DNA of 64,000 nucleotides from Candidatus Curtissbacteria bacterium (GTDB lineage: Bacteria > Patescibacteriota > Microgenomatia > Curtissbacterales > GWA2-41-24): the NCBI GenBank assembly GCA_024654445.1, contig JANLHP010000026.1, positions 16,733 to 80,732 of the forward strand. The letters run 5' to 3'. A program made the translations under genes and the position numbers. Positions 47,211 through 57,360 of the stretch are shown here, piece after piece (position 1 is the stretch's first letter; each line of letters opens with the position of its first letter). Under the pieces are notes generated by a model. That model saw only the letters and a list, made by a program, of their open reading frames with translations, did no database searches and was not told the DNA's origin.

Positions 47211-49127
47211 TTATATAACTTTTAAAACTATTGATTTGTCGTTAAAGTATACTTTTTGCAAAAAATCCAGGTTTTGAAACCTCGACTCGTAAACGTTCTT
47301 TTCTACATATAAATAAGAAATACTGTTCCCCTTCAAGTTGTTCTTAATTTCTAGCGGATCACTGGAACTAAAAACAACCCGCACAATCCCTTCCCTGCTC
47401 TTAGTATCTTGACCGTGATCTCTTAAAACCCCAGCGCCAGACAAAAACAGAGGTCTGTCCGAGAGGAAGCTAACATACATGAAAGGTTCATCTTCTGCCA
47501 TCCAAGATTCGACCAGCACCACGGAATCTCTCGGAGTCTCATTCTTCAGGTACGAAAAAGCATTTAATTCATCGCTGGTAACCAGATAACCTTTTTTGCT
47601 TTGAACGTATAAGAAATTATTCATCCCTTCGTACAAGGACCGCGAAACAGTGAGGGTCAAAACTAGAGCGATTAATATAACCTTAAAGACAGCCGGAAGT
47701 CTTCGGGTCCAGTAATACAAAGAAAGAGAGGCGTATATCGCCCCAATAATAAATACCGAGATTAAAAATTGCACGGTGTTTGCTCCGCCCGTTTTTTGAT
47801 AAAAAAATGATCCGGCAATTAAGCTCGTTATCATTCCTGAAAGAAGAAATATGTTGAGTTCTCTTGGAAACAATTTGAAAGAACTCCTAGTTTGTAGAAG
47901 TCCAAAATTCACCGTGCCGAATAAAAAAATGAAGAAGAGAACCACGAAAAATGCCTCCAAGAGATAAACTTCAAATATCCGATTTTCTTGCAATCTTTCC
48001 AATCTCAAATAATCGAGTTTAGAAATGGCAAGATCCTTGTGCTGCACAAAATTTTCAAATCTCCACATACCATTAAAAAATAATCCGCCAGCACTTCTGT
48101 TAACAGGTATAAAGTAAGCCATAGATATCAAAAGACAAATAATTGGAACTAAAGTTAGGCGTAGGTTTTGCCTAAGGAGAAAATAGACACCGATCCCAAA
48201 AAAACCTGCAAGGGCAAAAAGTCCACTATATACTTTAAACCCTATTAAACTTCCCATCACAACCGCCGCTAGAATCCCGGCATACATCTCCTTCTTTCTA
48301 AAAAAACGTACAAGTAAACTAAGCCCAGCCAAAAATATAACGATAGAAAAAGCTCGAGGAGGGCCAGCGAGTAGTTTAGAAGCGTCGTCAATTATGGTGA
48401 CGTCAAAATTGAAACCTTTACCCCGCAAAAAAAGTAGAACGTACAATATATCTCCACTAGCATATAGAAAAATCGCAAGCCACCTTGAGAAAGATTTTCC
48501 AAGCCCTAACAACTCGCCTAAAACAAACGCGCTACCGCCCAAAAGGAGGGCAAGAATTAAGCTTAAAAATTGAAATTGAACCTTGATAAAATCTAAATTA
48601 AAGACTCTCGATAACTCAGCAGCAGCCAGGTTGGAGAAGTAATGATAATTGCGAACGTGAACTCCGACCATTCCTGGTTCAAATGGTGGAACGTTTTTGA
48701 TTAGTTCATTTGTCAGGGAAAGATGAAAAATGGCATCCGGAACGCCACGACAGCAAAGATATAAACCCTGTTCATTTCGCACACCAATAAACCAAACTGC
48801 AGACAAATTAAGTACTATGCCAACAATCACGATAATTAAGCTCAGAATATCAACCTTGAAGTTGGGAAGCCTAAACTGAAGTTTTAAAAAATGCTTACGT
48901 TGCAAAAATGTCCAGACTAAAAAAGAAGCGAATAGATAAAGGTAGGTCAATTGCCTGGCATCTAAAATGCCAAAGATGTAACCTTGAAAAACCCACAGAA
49001 CAATCCCGACGGAAAAGCTTAGTACTAAAGATTCCAAAAACGAAAGCTTAAGAGGACGCAAGACGAGGTTCCCCGGCACGTAGAATGCGGCAAACACTGC
49101 AAACAAAAACACGACAAAGTCAGCCAT
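47211..49127 (-). CDS. Large polytopic membrane protein, GT-C/polymerase-ligase-like
   Basis: PDAIFHLSL, PPFEPG, NYHYFS, FKVY, C-terminal external domain; about 14 TMs. Confidence 0.6.
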   Translation of the reverse strand: MADFVVFLFAVFAAFYVPGNLVLRPLKLSFLESLVLSFSVGIVLWVFQGYIFGILDARQLTYLYLFASFLVWTFLQRKHFLKLQFRLPNFKVDILSLIIVIVGIVLNLSAVWFIGVRNEQGLYLCCRGVPDAIFHLSLTNELIKNVPPFEPGMVGVHVRNYHYFSNLAAAELSRVFNLDFIKVQFQFLSLILALLLGGSAFVLGELLGLGKSFSRWLAIFLYASGDILYVLLFLRGKGFNFDVTIIDDASKLLAGPPRAFSIVIFLAGLSLLVRFFRKKEMYAGILAAVVMGSLIGFKVYSGLFALAGFFGIGVYFLLRQNLRLTLVPIICLLISMAYFIPVNRSAGGLFFNGMWRFENFVQHKDLAISKLDYLRLERLQENRIFEVYLLEAFFVVLFFIFLFGTVNFGLLQTRSSFKLFPRELNIFLLSGMITSLIAGSFFYQKTGGANTVQFLISVFIIGAIYASLSLYYWTRRLPAVFKVILIALVLTLTVSRSLYEGMNNFLYVQSKKGYLVTSDELNAFSYLKNETPRDSVVLVESWMAEDEPFMYVSFLSDRPLFLSGAGVLRDHGQDTKSREGIVRVVFSSSDPLEIKNNLKGNSISYLYVEKNVYESRFQNLDFLQKVYFNDKSIVLKVI

Positions 49128-49141
49128 AATAACTTAATCTA

Positions 49142-49171
49142 AGTCTAGAAGAGGCTGCTACGTAGTGTCAA
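49142..49171 (-). promoter_or_regulatory. Putative sigma70 promoter
   Basis: Minus strand TTGACA-18 nt-TAGACT, 14 nt before ATG 49127. Confidence 0.5.
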
Positions 49172-49197
49172 TATTGGCAAAGAGGAGCGAGTAAGGT

Positions 49198-49797
49198 CTA
49201 CTCTATTGTCACTTTTTGTATCTTATCGCCAACCTGTATTTTATCGACAACATCCATTCCACTCGTTACCATGCCAAATATCGAATAAAGCTTAGGAAGG
49301 GGAGTGTCACCCAGCATAATAAAAAATTGACTACCGTTCGTGTCTGGTCCTGCGTTGGCCATAGCAACTATTCCGCGTTTGTAGTCTCTCGTTACCGGGT
49401 CGTTTTTAAATTTATAACCCGGTCCTCCAGTGCCGTCGCCACTAGGATCACCGCCCTGAATAACAAAACCTTCCTCTCTTCTGTGAAAAGTTAAGCCGTC
49501 GTAAAAATTACGACTGGCGAGGGATATGAAATTAGAAGAAGCAAATGGAGCGTCTTCGTAAAGTTCGAAGGCGATATCTCCCTTGTCTGTTGAAAGCTTC
49601 GCCATCTTGCCTTTTATTTCCTCTGGTTTTAAAACTGTAAACGGTTGGTTTGTTTGTTCCATTTTTACCTCACCTGATGCCTCTTTTGTTTCAGGTCTGC
49701 TTGTAATATCGTCATTGTCCGAGCTTCTGCCGAATACTAAAAATCCAATAAGCAGAACTACGACTAATGCCCCAAGTGCAACAGCTAAATTCCTCAT
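49198..49797 (-). CDS. Membrane-anchored cyclophilin-type peptidyl-prolyl cis-trans isomerase
   Basis: FYDGLTFHR, FVIQGGDP.GDGTGGPGY, AMANAGPDTNGSQFFI; N-terminal TM. Confidence 0.93.
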   Translation of the reverse strand: MRNLAVALGALVVVLLIGFLVFGRSSDNDDITSRPETKEASGEVKMEQTNQPFTVLKPEEIKGKMAKLSTDKGDIAFELYEDAPFASSNFISLASRNFYDGLTFHRREEGFVIQGGDPSGDGTGGPGYKFKNDPVTRDYKRGIVAMANAGPDTNGSQFFIMLGDTPLPKLYSIFGMVTSGMDVVDKIQVGDKIQKVTIE

Positions 49798-49811
49798 AAC
49801 AGACTCAAGAT

Positions 49812-49840
49812 AGTCTAAAAGAGAGTAAACATTATGTCAA
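49812..49840 (-). promoter_or_regulatory. Putative sigma70 promoter
   Basis: Minus strand TTGACA-17 nt-TAGACT, 14 nt before ATG 49797. Confidence 0.55.
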
Positions 49841-49902
49841 TGTATCAGAGAGATGAATAAGACAGAGTAAAAAGATTATACTAACTTTATGCAAAAACGG
49901 GT

Positions 49903-50796
49903 ATGAAGGTATCGATAGTTGTTCTAAACTATAACGGACTTGCAAATACTCTCGAGTGTATAGAGTCCCTTAAAAAGCAAGATTTTACTGGGAACGACGT
50001 TGAAATAATAGTCGTAGATAATGGGTCAGAAGACGGTTCAAAAGAAGAACTGCCGAAACTCAAGGGAATTAAACTTTTATTTAATGAAAAAAATCTTGGC
50101 TACACTGGGGGAAACAACAAAGGAATAAGAGATGCACTTAAAGGAGGATCAGAAGCGATACTAGTTTTGAACAACGATACGGTTGTAGATCCTCTGCTTA
50201 TCAAAACCTTAATAAAGGCAACCGTCTTTGGTGATGTCATCACCCCTAAAATATATTTTGAAAAAGGTTTCGAATTTCACAAAAATAAATATAAGAAGGA
50301 TGATCTTGGTCATGTAATATGGCATGCGGGAGCCCACATTGACTGGGAAAATATTCTCGGCGTCCACGATGACGTAGATGAGGTAGACCATGGACAATTT
50401 ACAAAAAAGAAAGAGATAGATTTTGCAACAGGGGCCGCGATGTTTGTCAAAAGGGAAGTGTTTGAAAAGGTTGGACTTTTTGATAATAAATACTTCCTTT
50501 ATTTAGAAGATATGGATTTTAGCGTACGCGCTAAGAAAAATGGTTTTAAAATTATCTTCGAACCAAGAGCCATCTTGTGGCACAAAAATGCCGGATCGAC
50601 TGGCGGTTCAGGTTCAAAGCTCCAAGATTATTACATAACAAGAAACAGGTTGTTATTTTCAACAAAATACGCAAAACTTAGAACTAAGATTGCAGTCCTA
50701 AGGCAAATTGTAAGTCAATCAAAAGACCCGATAAAAAGGAAAGCGTTAATGGATTTTTTAACTTTCAAATTTGGAAAGGCGTCTGTTAAATTTTGA
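49903..50796 (+). CDS. GT2 glycosyltransferase (rhamnosyltransferase-like)
   Basis: VVLNYNG, VDNGSED, NLGYTGGNN, LNND, YFLYLEDMD. Confidence 0.88.
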   Translation: MKVSIVVLNYNGLANTLECIESLKKQDFTGNDVEIIVVDNGSEDGSKEELPKLKGIKLLFNEKNLGYTGGNNKGIRDALKGGSEAILVLNNDTVVDPLLIKTLIKATVFGDVITPKIYFEKGFEFHKNKYKKDDLGHVIWHAGAHIDWENILGVHDDVDEVDHGQFTKKKEIDFATGAAMFVKREVFEKVGLFDNKYFLYLEDMDFSVRAKKNGFKIIFEPRAILWHKNAGSTGGSGSKLQDYYITRNRLLFSTKYAKLRTKIAVLRQIVSQSKDPIKRKALMDFLTFKFGKASVKF

Positions 50797-51578
50797 TGAA
50801 AATATCGGCACTCATTCTCGCAAAAAACGAAGAAGAAATGATCGAGGATGCTCTTTCGCAGCTTAATTTCGTCGACGAGATTATAGTCTTAAGTCAAAAC
50901 TCGTATGATAACACAAAAAAAATCGCCCTAAGGTACACTGACAAAGTTTTCGAAACTAAAGTTGAAGACTTTTCGAAAAATAGGAATTTTTTAGCAGAAA
51001 AAGCTAGCGGGGACTGGTTGTTGTATGTAGATGCAGATGAAAGGTTCGATGCAAAAAATAAAGAAGAGATAAAAAAGGCACTTGCCCAAAACGAAAGTTT
51101 CAAAGCATATTATTTTCCAAGAAAAAATATGGTCTTGGGCACGTGGGTCAAGCACGCTAATTGGTGGCCTGATTATGTGCCAAGATTGATAAAAAAAGAA
51201 AACCTAGTTACTTGGAGGGGAAGAGTTCATGAAAGCCCAGAAATAGAAGGAGACTTTGGATACCTTAAAAACCCTATAACTCATCTTACCGCAAGAAATA
51301 TGACCCTAATGCTTGAAAAAAGCATCAGATGGGCAAAAATAGAAGCACAGCTTTATAATAAGGCAAGCAACCCAAGGGTTACACAAGCAAGAATAATACG
51401 CTTCTGCCTATTTAAGTTTTTACATAGATATTTTTATAAGCTTGAGATACTTGATGGAAGAGTTGGACTAATTTCAGCCATTTATCAAGCGCTACACGAT
51501 GCTATGACGTTGACATATCTGTGGGAAATTCAAAACGATACCCAACATAAGTTCGAAAAAGCAGTAAAGTCCATTTAA
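50796..51578 (+). CDS. GT2 glycosyltransferase (beta-1,4-glucosyltransferase/LgtF-like)
   Basis: AKNEE, YVDADER, WWPDY..RL, VHE, LDGRVG. Confidence 0.85.
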   Translation: MKISALILAKNEEEMIEDALSQLNFVDEIIVLSQNSYDNTKKIALRYTDKVFETKVEDFSKNRNFLAEKASGDWLLYVDADERFDAKNKEEIKKALAQNESFKAYYFPRKNMVLGTWVKHANWWPDYVPRLIKKENLVTWRGRVHESPEIEGDFGYLKNPITHLTARNMTLMLEKSIRWAKIEAQLYNKASNPRVTQARIIRFCLFKFLHRYFYKLEILDGRVGLISAIYQALHDAMTLTYLWEIQNDTQHKFEKAVKSI

Positions 51579-51579
51579 A

Positions 51580-52257
51580 ATGAACAAAAACTTTTTACCT
51601 TACGATGTTTATGAAAGGCACCGAAAAATTGGGTCTCTCATCAAAAAAGATGATAGCGTACTTGATGTCGGCGGAGAACTCGATCATCTATCTCAATTTT
51701 GTAATCCTAAAAAATTAGTTGTCGCGAACTTAACACCAGCGGATGTTGTAATTAAAAAAGGAAAACTTCCATTTAAAAACAATTCGTTTACCACGGTGAC
51801 CGCAATAGATGTTCTTGAGCACATCGCCAAAGAAGAAAGAGAAGGCTTTATGGAAGAGTTAACAAGAGTCGCGAAAAACAGAGTCATAATTTCCTTTCCA
51901 GTAGGAACAAGTTGTCACAAAGAGTATGAGTCTAAAGTTCAAAAATGGCTGACTGATAGGGGGCACGACGTGACCTATCTCAAGGAACATATCAAATACG
52001 GTCTTCCCGAAAAAGAGGAAGTGGAAAAGCTTGCGAAAGATTTCGATCACAATCTTAATTTTTCCGGGAACATAACAGTTAACGAATTCCTTTTTAAGCT
52101 TTTTATGTTTGATCCTCATATCAGGTTTATAAGAAGAGCAGTTTATTATCTGAAATTACTTTTTAACCTAGTGACGAACAATATTTTTTATCTGATTCTT
52201 TCAGACAGCGATTATTCCAACAACGTAATCAGAGCATATTTAATAATCAAAAAATGA
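51580..52257 (+). CDS. Class I SAM-dependent methyltransferase
   Basis: VLDVGG, LPFKNNSF, DVLEHI, ELTRVAK. Confidence 0.8.
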   Translation: MNKNFLPYDVYERHRKIGSLIKKDDSVLDVGGELDHLSQFCNPKKLVVANLTPADVVIKKGKLPFKNNSFTTVTAIDVLEHIAKEEREGFMEELTRVAKNRVIISFPVGTSCHKEYESKVQKWLTDRGHDVTYLKEHIKYGLPEKEEVEKLAKDFDHNLNFSGNITVNEFLFKLFMFDPHIRFIRRAVYYLKLLFNLVTNNIFYLILSDSDYSNNVIRAYLIIKK

Positions 52258-53303
52258 AATTTGGATTTTTCAGCCCATATTTAAATACCTTTGGAGGAGG
52301 CGAAAGATATATGCTAACGCTCGCGTCACACCTTTCAAATGGTCATCAAGTGGATATCTTTTGGAACGAGCCCGAACTAAAAGCTCCTATTGCACGTTTT
52401 CTAAAAATAGACTTGTCAAAAACAAAATTCGTAGATAACATTTTTAAACATAAATTCTTAAAAAAATCTTTCGAGTCCATGGGGTACAACATGATCTTTG
52501 TTTTGTCCGATGGAAGCGTTCCCTCAACATTTGCTGCCAAGAACATATTACACTTTCAAGTCCCTTTTAAATTTCCCCCTGCTAATGTGAAGACTAGGCT
52601 TAAGCTAAGAAAATATAAATATGTAGTTTGCAACTCCAAATTTACGAAAAGTTACATCGATAAAAGTTTCAGCATAAAATCAAGAGTGATATATCCTCCT
52701 GTCGATATTGATTCAATTAAACCAGGAAACAAAGAAAAACTGATTATCTCAGTCGGAAGATTTAGCCCTCATCAGCTTCACCCCAAGAAACAAGAAGTTC
52801 TAATAGAAGTATTCAAAGAAGTATATAAAAAATTTCCTCAGTGGCGATTAGTCCTGGCAGGGCAAGCGAAAAAAGGTGACGAAAAATATCTCAGGAATCT
52901 GAAAAAATCTGTCCGAGGGTTCGGTATAAAAATAGAGGACAACATGAAGGTGGAAGATTTAAGAAACCTTTATGGGAAAGCTTCTATTTATTGGCACGCG
53001 ACAGGGTTTGGGGAAGACGAAGTAAAAAATCCCGAAAGGATGGAGCACTTCGGCATATCGACGGTAGAAGCACAGGCAGGAGGAGCAGTGCCGGTTGTAA
53101 TCGGAAAAGGCGGTCAAAAGGAAATTGTTGAAGATAGAAAAACCGGAAGACTTTGGACAACAAAATCCGAACTCTATGATGCAACTATTGACCTCATTAA
53201 AGGAGACGAAGAAAGGGAAAAGCTATCAAAAGCTGCAATCAAAAATAGCAAGAGATTTAGTCATCAAGTATTCTTTAATGAATATGAGAAAATTATTTTT
53301 TAA
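52254..53303 (+). CDS. GT4 glycosyltransferase
   Basis: GGGERY, NSKFT, IYPPV, SVGRF, EHFGISTVEAQAGG. Confidence 0.9.
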   Translation: MKFGFFSPYLNTFGGGERYMLTLASHLSNGHQVDIFWNEPELKAPIARFLKIDLSKTKFVDNIFKHKFLKKSFESMGYNMIFVLSDGSVPSTFAAKNILHFQVPFKFPPANVKTRLKLRKYKYVVCNSKFTKSYIDKSFSIKSRVIYPPVDIDSIKPGNKEKLIISVGRFSPHQLHPKKQEVLIEVFKEVYKKFPQWRLVLAGQAKKGDEKYLRNLKKSVRGFGIKIEDNMKVEDLRNLYGKASIYWHATGFGEDEVKNPERMEHFGISTVEAQAGGAVPVVIGKGGQKEIVEDRKTGRLWTTKSELYDATIDLIKGDEEREKLSKAAIKNSKRFSHQVFFNEYEKIIF

Positions 53304-55620
53304 AATTTCGCCCGCTTTTCTTTTCACAGTATTACTTGTATTTTTATTCTTTTTGCCCAATCTTTTAAATGGAAAATTTCCAATGCCCTCAGACAGCCTT
53401 CTTGGTCTTTATCATCCTTGGCGCGACAATTCCTTTGAAGGATTCATGCCTGGCAAGTTTCCGACAAAAAATCCACTCATAACAGATCCAATTTTGCAAA
53501 CATATCCATGGAAGCTACAATCCGTTGAATCGTTTAAAAATAAACTCGCCCCCCTGTGGAACCCATATAGTTTTGCCGGGCAGCCTTTACTTTCAAATGT
53601 TCAATCTGCCCCCTTCCAAATATTTAACATCACTTTTTTTGCTCTTCCTTTTAACGTCGCTTGGGGAGTAAATATTATTTTGCCCCTACTCGCGACGGGT
53701 GGCTTTATGTTTTTTCTTCTAAAAAACTTAGGCTTGTCCAGCGCCGCGTCTGCATTTGGCGCCTTCATTCTCCCCTTTACAGGCTTTTACGTCGCCTGGA
53801 TGACGTGGGGAACAGTCACAACAACGGCCGTGTGGCTGCCTCTCATTCTGTTATGCATATCCAAAATCACCAAAAAAATCTCTGCAGGGTTTTTTTTACT
53901 GCTTACGATTGCAGTTTCGCAAACAATTCTTTCCGGCCACCCTCAAACCGCATTTTATTCGTTAGTTGCATCTGCTTTGTTTTTAATTTTCACTCAAGTT
54001 CAGAAGAAAAACTTCCCTTCTGCAGCCATCATCACGTTCGCGATAATACTTGGCTGTCTCATTTCATCTGTCCAAGTCCTTCCTGCGATTGAATTTTCCA
54101 ATCTTTCGGCAAGAAATACGGACCAAGGATATTACCAAGGCAGAGAAGACTGGTTCATTCCCCCCAAACACCTCATCCAGTTACTTGCACCTGATTATTT
54201 CGGCAATCCTGCCACATATAACTACTGGGGAGTCTGGAATTACGCCGAATTTGTAAGCTTTATTGGAATTATGCCCCTTTCGTTTGCGCTCCTTGCAATG
54301 GCGAGCAAGAAAAACCATGACAAGAAATACTTTTTCATAACCCTCGTTGCAATCTCACTGCTATTTGGTTTACAAAACCCCATATCCAAAATTATCTATC
54401 AGCAAAACATTCCATTTATTTCATCATTTCAACCCTCAAGGATCATATTTTTGCTAGTGTTTGCCCTTTCTGCTCTTACAGCCTTTGGCTTAGATTATTT
54501 TTTGAAGGGAAAACCCAAGAAAATATTACTGGTGTCACCCCTATCAATCTTCCTAGTGTTGCTTACAGTTTTCGCCTTCACTTATTTGAATCCAGAAATT
54601 TTTCCCAAAGCAGGCAATATAGATGCTTATCGGGTAGCGATCAGAAATCTCATTCTTCCTCTCGCGACTGTATTAGTAGTTATGGCTATATTTACCTTAA
54701 GGATTTACAAATTTTCATCGTACTTTCTTATTGCTGCTATTTTTACAGTCTCGGCATTCGAGCTGTTTAGATTCGCAGATAAATTTACACCCTATTCAAA
54801 AACCTCATGGATTTTTCCTGAGACGGCAACGACTAGTTTTCTTAAAGCCCAGGAAAAGCCATTTAGAGTAATGACAACAGATAGCCGCATAATGCCCCCA
54901 AACACATCAAGTGTTTATCGAATCGAATCAATAAATGGATACGACCCTCTTTATCTTGCGGACTATGCAAAATTTATTACAGTTCTTGAATCACACAACC
55001 CACATCAGGAAGCAGGATCGTTTAATAGAATTATTACACCTCAAAATTACAAATCACCCTTAGTAAATCTTCTGAACGTAAAGTACATTTTGAGTTTCAG
55101 CGAAATTAAAAATGAAAACTTCGAAAAAGTTTTTGAAGAAGGCGAAACGAAGGTATTCAAAAACAACGGTAGCATGCCAAGGGCATTTTTTGTGGATGAG
55201 GTGATTAAGGCAAATTCAAAAGAGGACGAATATTCGAAATTACTTGATAACAACTTCGATTTCAGCAAAACCGCAACTTCACGAGAAATGTCACTTCCAG
55301 AAAATGGAGGAGACAAATCACTATCGATAGAATCCTATAGAGACCAGTTTGTGTCACTCAAAACAAAAACTTCACAAGATTCGGCTCTGGTTCTAACAAA
55401 CGTTTATTATCCAGGATGGAAAGTATACATTGACGAAAAGGAAACAAAAATTTACCCTGCCGATTCTATCTTTCAAATGGTCCTCGTTGCCAGAGGGGAA
55501 CACGCTATCCATTTCAAATATCAACCCAAAACCTTTTATAATGGTCTAGCCCTAACGGCAGGCGGAACATTTATTACGATCGTTATGTTTTCACTTCTAT
55601 GGCTCAAAAAATATCGATAG
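53284..55620 (+). CDS. YfhO-family (GT-C-like) membrane protein
   Basis: TDPILQTYPW, PLWNPYSFAGQPL, SGHPQ, GYDPL, LLNVKY, PRAF, YYPGWK. Start reassigned to ATG 53284. Confidence 0.85.
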   Translation: MRKLFFKISPAFLFTVLLVFLFFLPNLLNGKFPMPSDSLLGLYHPWRDNSFEGFMPGKFPTKNPLITDPILQTYPWKLQSVESFKNKLAPLWNPYSFAGQPLLSNVQSAPFQIFNITFFALPFNVAWGVNIILPLLATGGFMFFLLKNLGLSSAASAFGAFILPFTGFYVAWMTWGTVTTTAVWLPLILLCISKITKKISAGFFLLLTIAVSQTILSGHPQTAFYSLVASALFLIFTQVQKKNFPSAAIITFAIILGCLISSVQVLPAIEFSNLSARNTDQGYYQGREDWFIPPKHLIQLLAPDYFGNPATYNYWGVWNYAEFVSFIGIMPLSFALLAMASKKNHDKKYFFITLVAISLLFGLQNPISKIIYQQNIPFISSFQPSRIIFLLVFALSALTAFGLDYFLKGKPKKILLVSPLSIFLVLLTVFAFTYLNPEIFPKAGNIDAYRVAIRNLILPLATVLVVMAIFTLRIYKFSSYFLIAAIFTVSAFELFRFADKFTPYSKTSWIFPETATTSFLKAQEKPFRVMTTDSRIMPPNTSSVYRIESINGYDPLYLADYAKFITVLESHNPHQEAGSFNRIITPQNYKSPLVNLLNVKYILSFSEIKNENFEKVFEEGETKVFKNNGSMPRAFFVDEVIKANSKEDEYSKLLDNNFDFSKTATSREMSLPENGGDKSLSIESYRDQFVSLKTKTSQDSALVLTNVYYPGWKVYIDEKETKIYPADSIFQMVLVARGEHAIHFKYQPKTFYNGLALTAGGTFITIVMFSLLWLKKYR

Positions 55621-56603
55621 TAATACCCAACTATAATGGTGAAAACCTGTTGTCAAAAAACCTGCCACAGGTGCTTAAAGCTTGCAAAGGTTGCGAAGTC
55701 ATCGTTGTTGACGACGCGTCTTCTGACAACTCTGTCAAGATTTTAAAAAAAGACTTTAAACAAGTAAAAACCATAATTCACCATAAAAATAGAGGTTTCG
55801 GAAAAACTGTAAACGAGGGTGTCAGTGCAGCATCAGGCGATCTTGTCCTGCTGCTAAATTCAGATGTCGTTCCAAAAGAAGGATTCCTCGACTATGCACG
55901 TGAACATTTTAAGCAAGAAGATATTTTTGCTGTAGGACTCGCGGATTTAAGCCACGAGAATGGAAAAGTTATAACAAGGGGAAAAGGCGGTGCAAGATTC
56001 AGACGGGGATTTTTAGAACACTTTCCTGCAAAGATTGAAGAAGGGGAAACGCTGTGGGTTTCGGGAGGGTCCAGCCTGGTTGACCGAAAGAAATTTAGTG
56101 AGATAGGCGGTTTCGACACAACATTCGCCCCGTTTTATTGGGAGGATATCGACCTAAGCTATAGAGCCAGAAAAAGGGGATACAAATGCATTTTTGAGCC
56201 GAAATCTAAAGTTGACCACTTTCACGAGGAAGGCGCAATCAAAAAACATTACAAAGAATCATTTGTTAAAAAAGCAGCTTACAAAAACCAATTTCTTTTT
56301 GTATGGAAAAACATCGACGATCCAATCTTACTGATAAATCACCTCATATGGCAGCCCTATCATTTTGCAAAAGCATTATTTACATGGGACCTACCTTTCC
56401 TGCTAGGATTTCTCTGGGCTCTCAGACAACTTCCACAACTCATATTTAATGATCAGAAAGACAATAATATAAAACCACGGTCTAAAGGCCGTGCTTCTCT
56501 GATCTTCGCTCAAAATTCGATCCATCCAGAAGATGAAATCCCTGGTTTTTTCGCTCAGAATAAAATATCAGACAGAAATATAATCAAACAATTTGAAAGA
56601 TAA
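55599..56603 (+). CDS. GT2 glycosyltransferase with a palindromic insert near the C-terminus
   Basis: IVIPNYNG, VDDASSD, NRGF, LLNSD, YWEDIDLSYRA. Confidence 0.88.
   Translation: MAQKISIVIPNYNGENLLSKNLPQVLKACKGCEVIVVDDASSDNSVKILKKDFKQVKTIIHHKNRGFGKTVNEGVSAASGDLVLLLNSDVVPKEGFLDYAREHFKQEDIFAVGLADLSHENGKVITRGKGGARFRRGFLEHFPAKIEEGETLWVSGGSSLVDRKKFSEIGGFDTTFAPFYWEDIDLSYRARKRGYKCIFEPKSKVDHFHEEGAIKKHYKESFVKKAAYKNQFLFVWKNIDDPILLINHLIWQPYHFAKALFTWDLPFLLGFLWALRQLPQLIFNDQKDNNIKPRSKGRASLIFAQNSIHPEDEIPGFFAQNKISDRNIIKQFER
56469..56564 (-). mobile_element. Miniature IS200/IS605-like element inside the GT2 ORF
   Basis: Minus strand TTTAT|TCTGAGCGAAAAAACCAGGGATTTCATCTTCTGGATGGATCG...GCACGGCCTTTAGACCGTGGT-TTTAT: two subterminal hairpins and TTTAT at both junctions, as at 37862-38011. 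Confidence 0.6.
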
Positions 56604-57360
56604 CAACGTACTCTGGAACCCTATTAAAAAACCTCACATTATCGTAGTTATGCCCGCGTATAACGCAGAAAAGACTGTTAAGAAAACTTACGAGGACTTG
56701 CCTAAAGATTTAATTAGCGAAGTTATACTTGTAGACGATGCGTCTGGCGACAAAACGGTTGAAAAAGCAAAGGATCTTGGGATAACGGTTTACACCCACA
56801 ACAAAAATAAGGGCTACGGCGGCAACCAAAAAACATGCTACGACGAAGCACTAAAGCGAAATCCCGACGTGATAGTTATGGTTCACCCCGATTACCAGTA
56901 CGACGCAAAGCTTGTTGGAGTAATGTGCGAACCAATTGTTAACGGCAGAACAGACATTATGCTCGGTTCTCGAATTCAAACAAGAAGGCAGGTACTCGCG
57001 GGTGGCATGCCTTTGTGGAAATATTTTGCAAATAGGTTCCTAACTCTAGTTGAAAACTTAGCTATGGGTCTCAATCTATCCGAATATCACACCGGATTCA
57101 GAGCTTTTTCAAGTGACGTTCTAAGAACAATTCCTTATCCCAAATTTTCCGATGATTTTGTTTTTGACCAACAAATACTGATATCCGCACTCTCATACGG
57201 ATATAACATTTCTGATATTCCTGTCCCATGTAAGTATTTTCCGGAAGCATCATCAATCAACTTCAAAAGGTCGAGCCAGTACGGAATACTAACTCTATGG
57301 ACAGTCTTCAGCTATCTTATGCATCAAGCAGGTTTGGTCAAGTTCAAAATATTTAAGTAG
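56593..57360 (+). CDS. Polyprenol-phosphate glycosyltransferase (DPM-like GT2)
   Basis: VMPAYNAE, VDDASGD, NKGYGGNQK, HPDYQY, LSEYHTGFRAF. Confidence 0.87.
   Translation: MKDNNVLWNPIKKPHIIVVMPAYNAEKTVKKTYEDLPKDLISEVILVDDASGDKTVEKAKDLGITVYTHNKNKGYGGNQKTCYDEALKRNPDVIVMVHPDYQYDAKLVGVMCEPIVNGRTDIMLGSRIQTRRQVLAGGMPLWKYFANRFLTLVENLAMGLNLSEYHTGFRAFSSDVLRTIPYPKFSDDFVFDQQILISALSYGYNISDIPVPCKYFPEASSINFKRSSQYGILTLWTVFSYLMHQAGLVKFKIFK

Noticed and set aside
53125-53283. Extended N-termini in the ORF track (also 7947, 9934, 10854, 14881, 21695, 28742, 33466, 57971)
   Set aside because: Long overlaps with upstream genes or repeats; downstream ATGs give typical coupled or leaderless starts.
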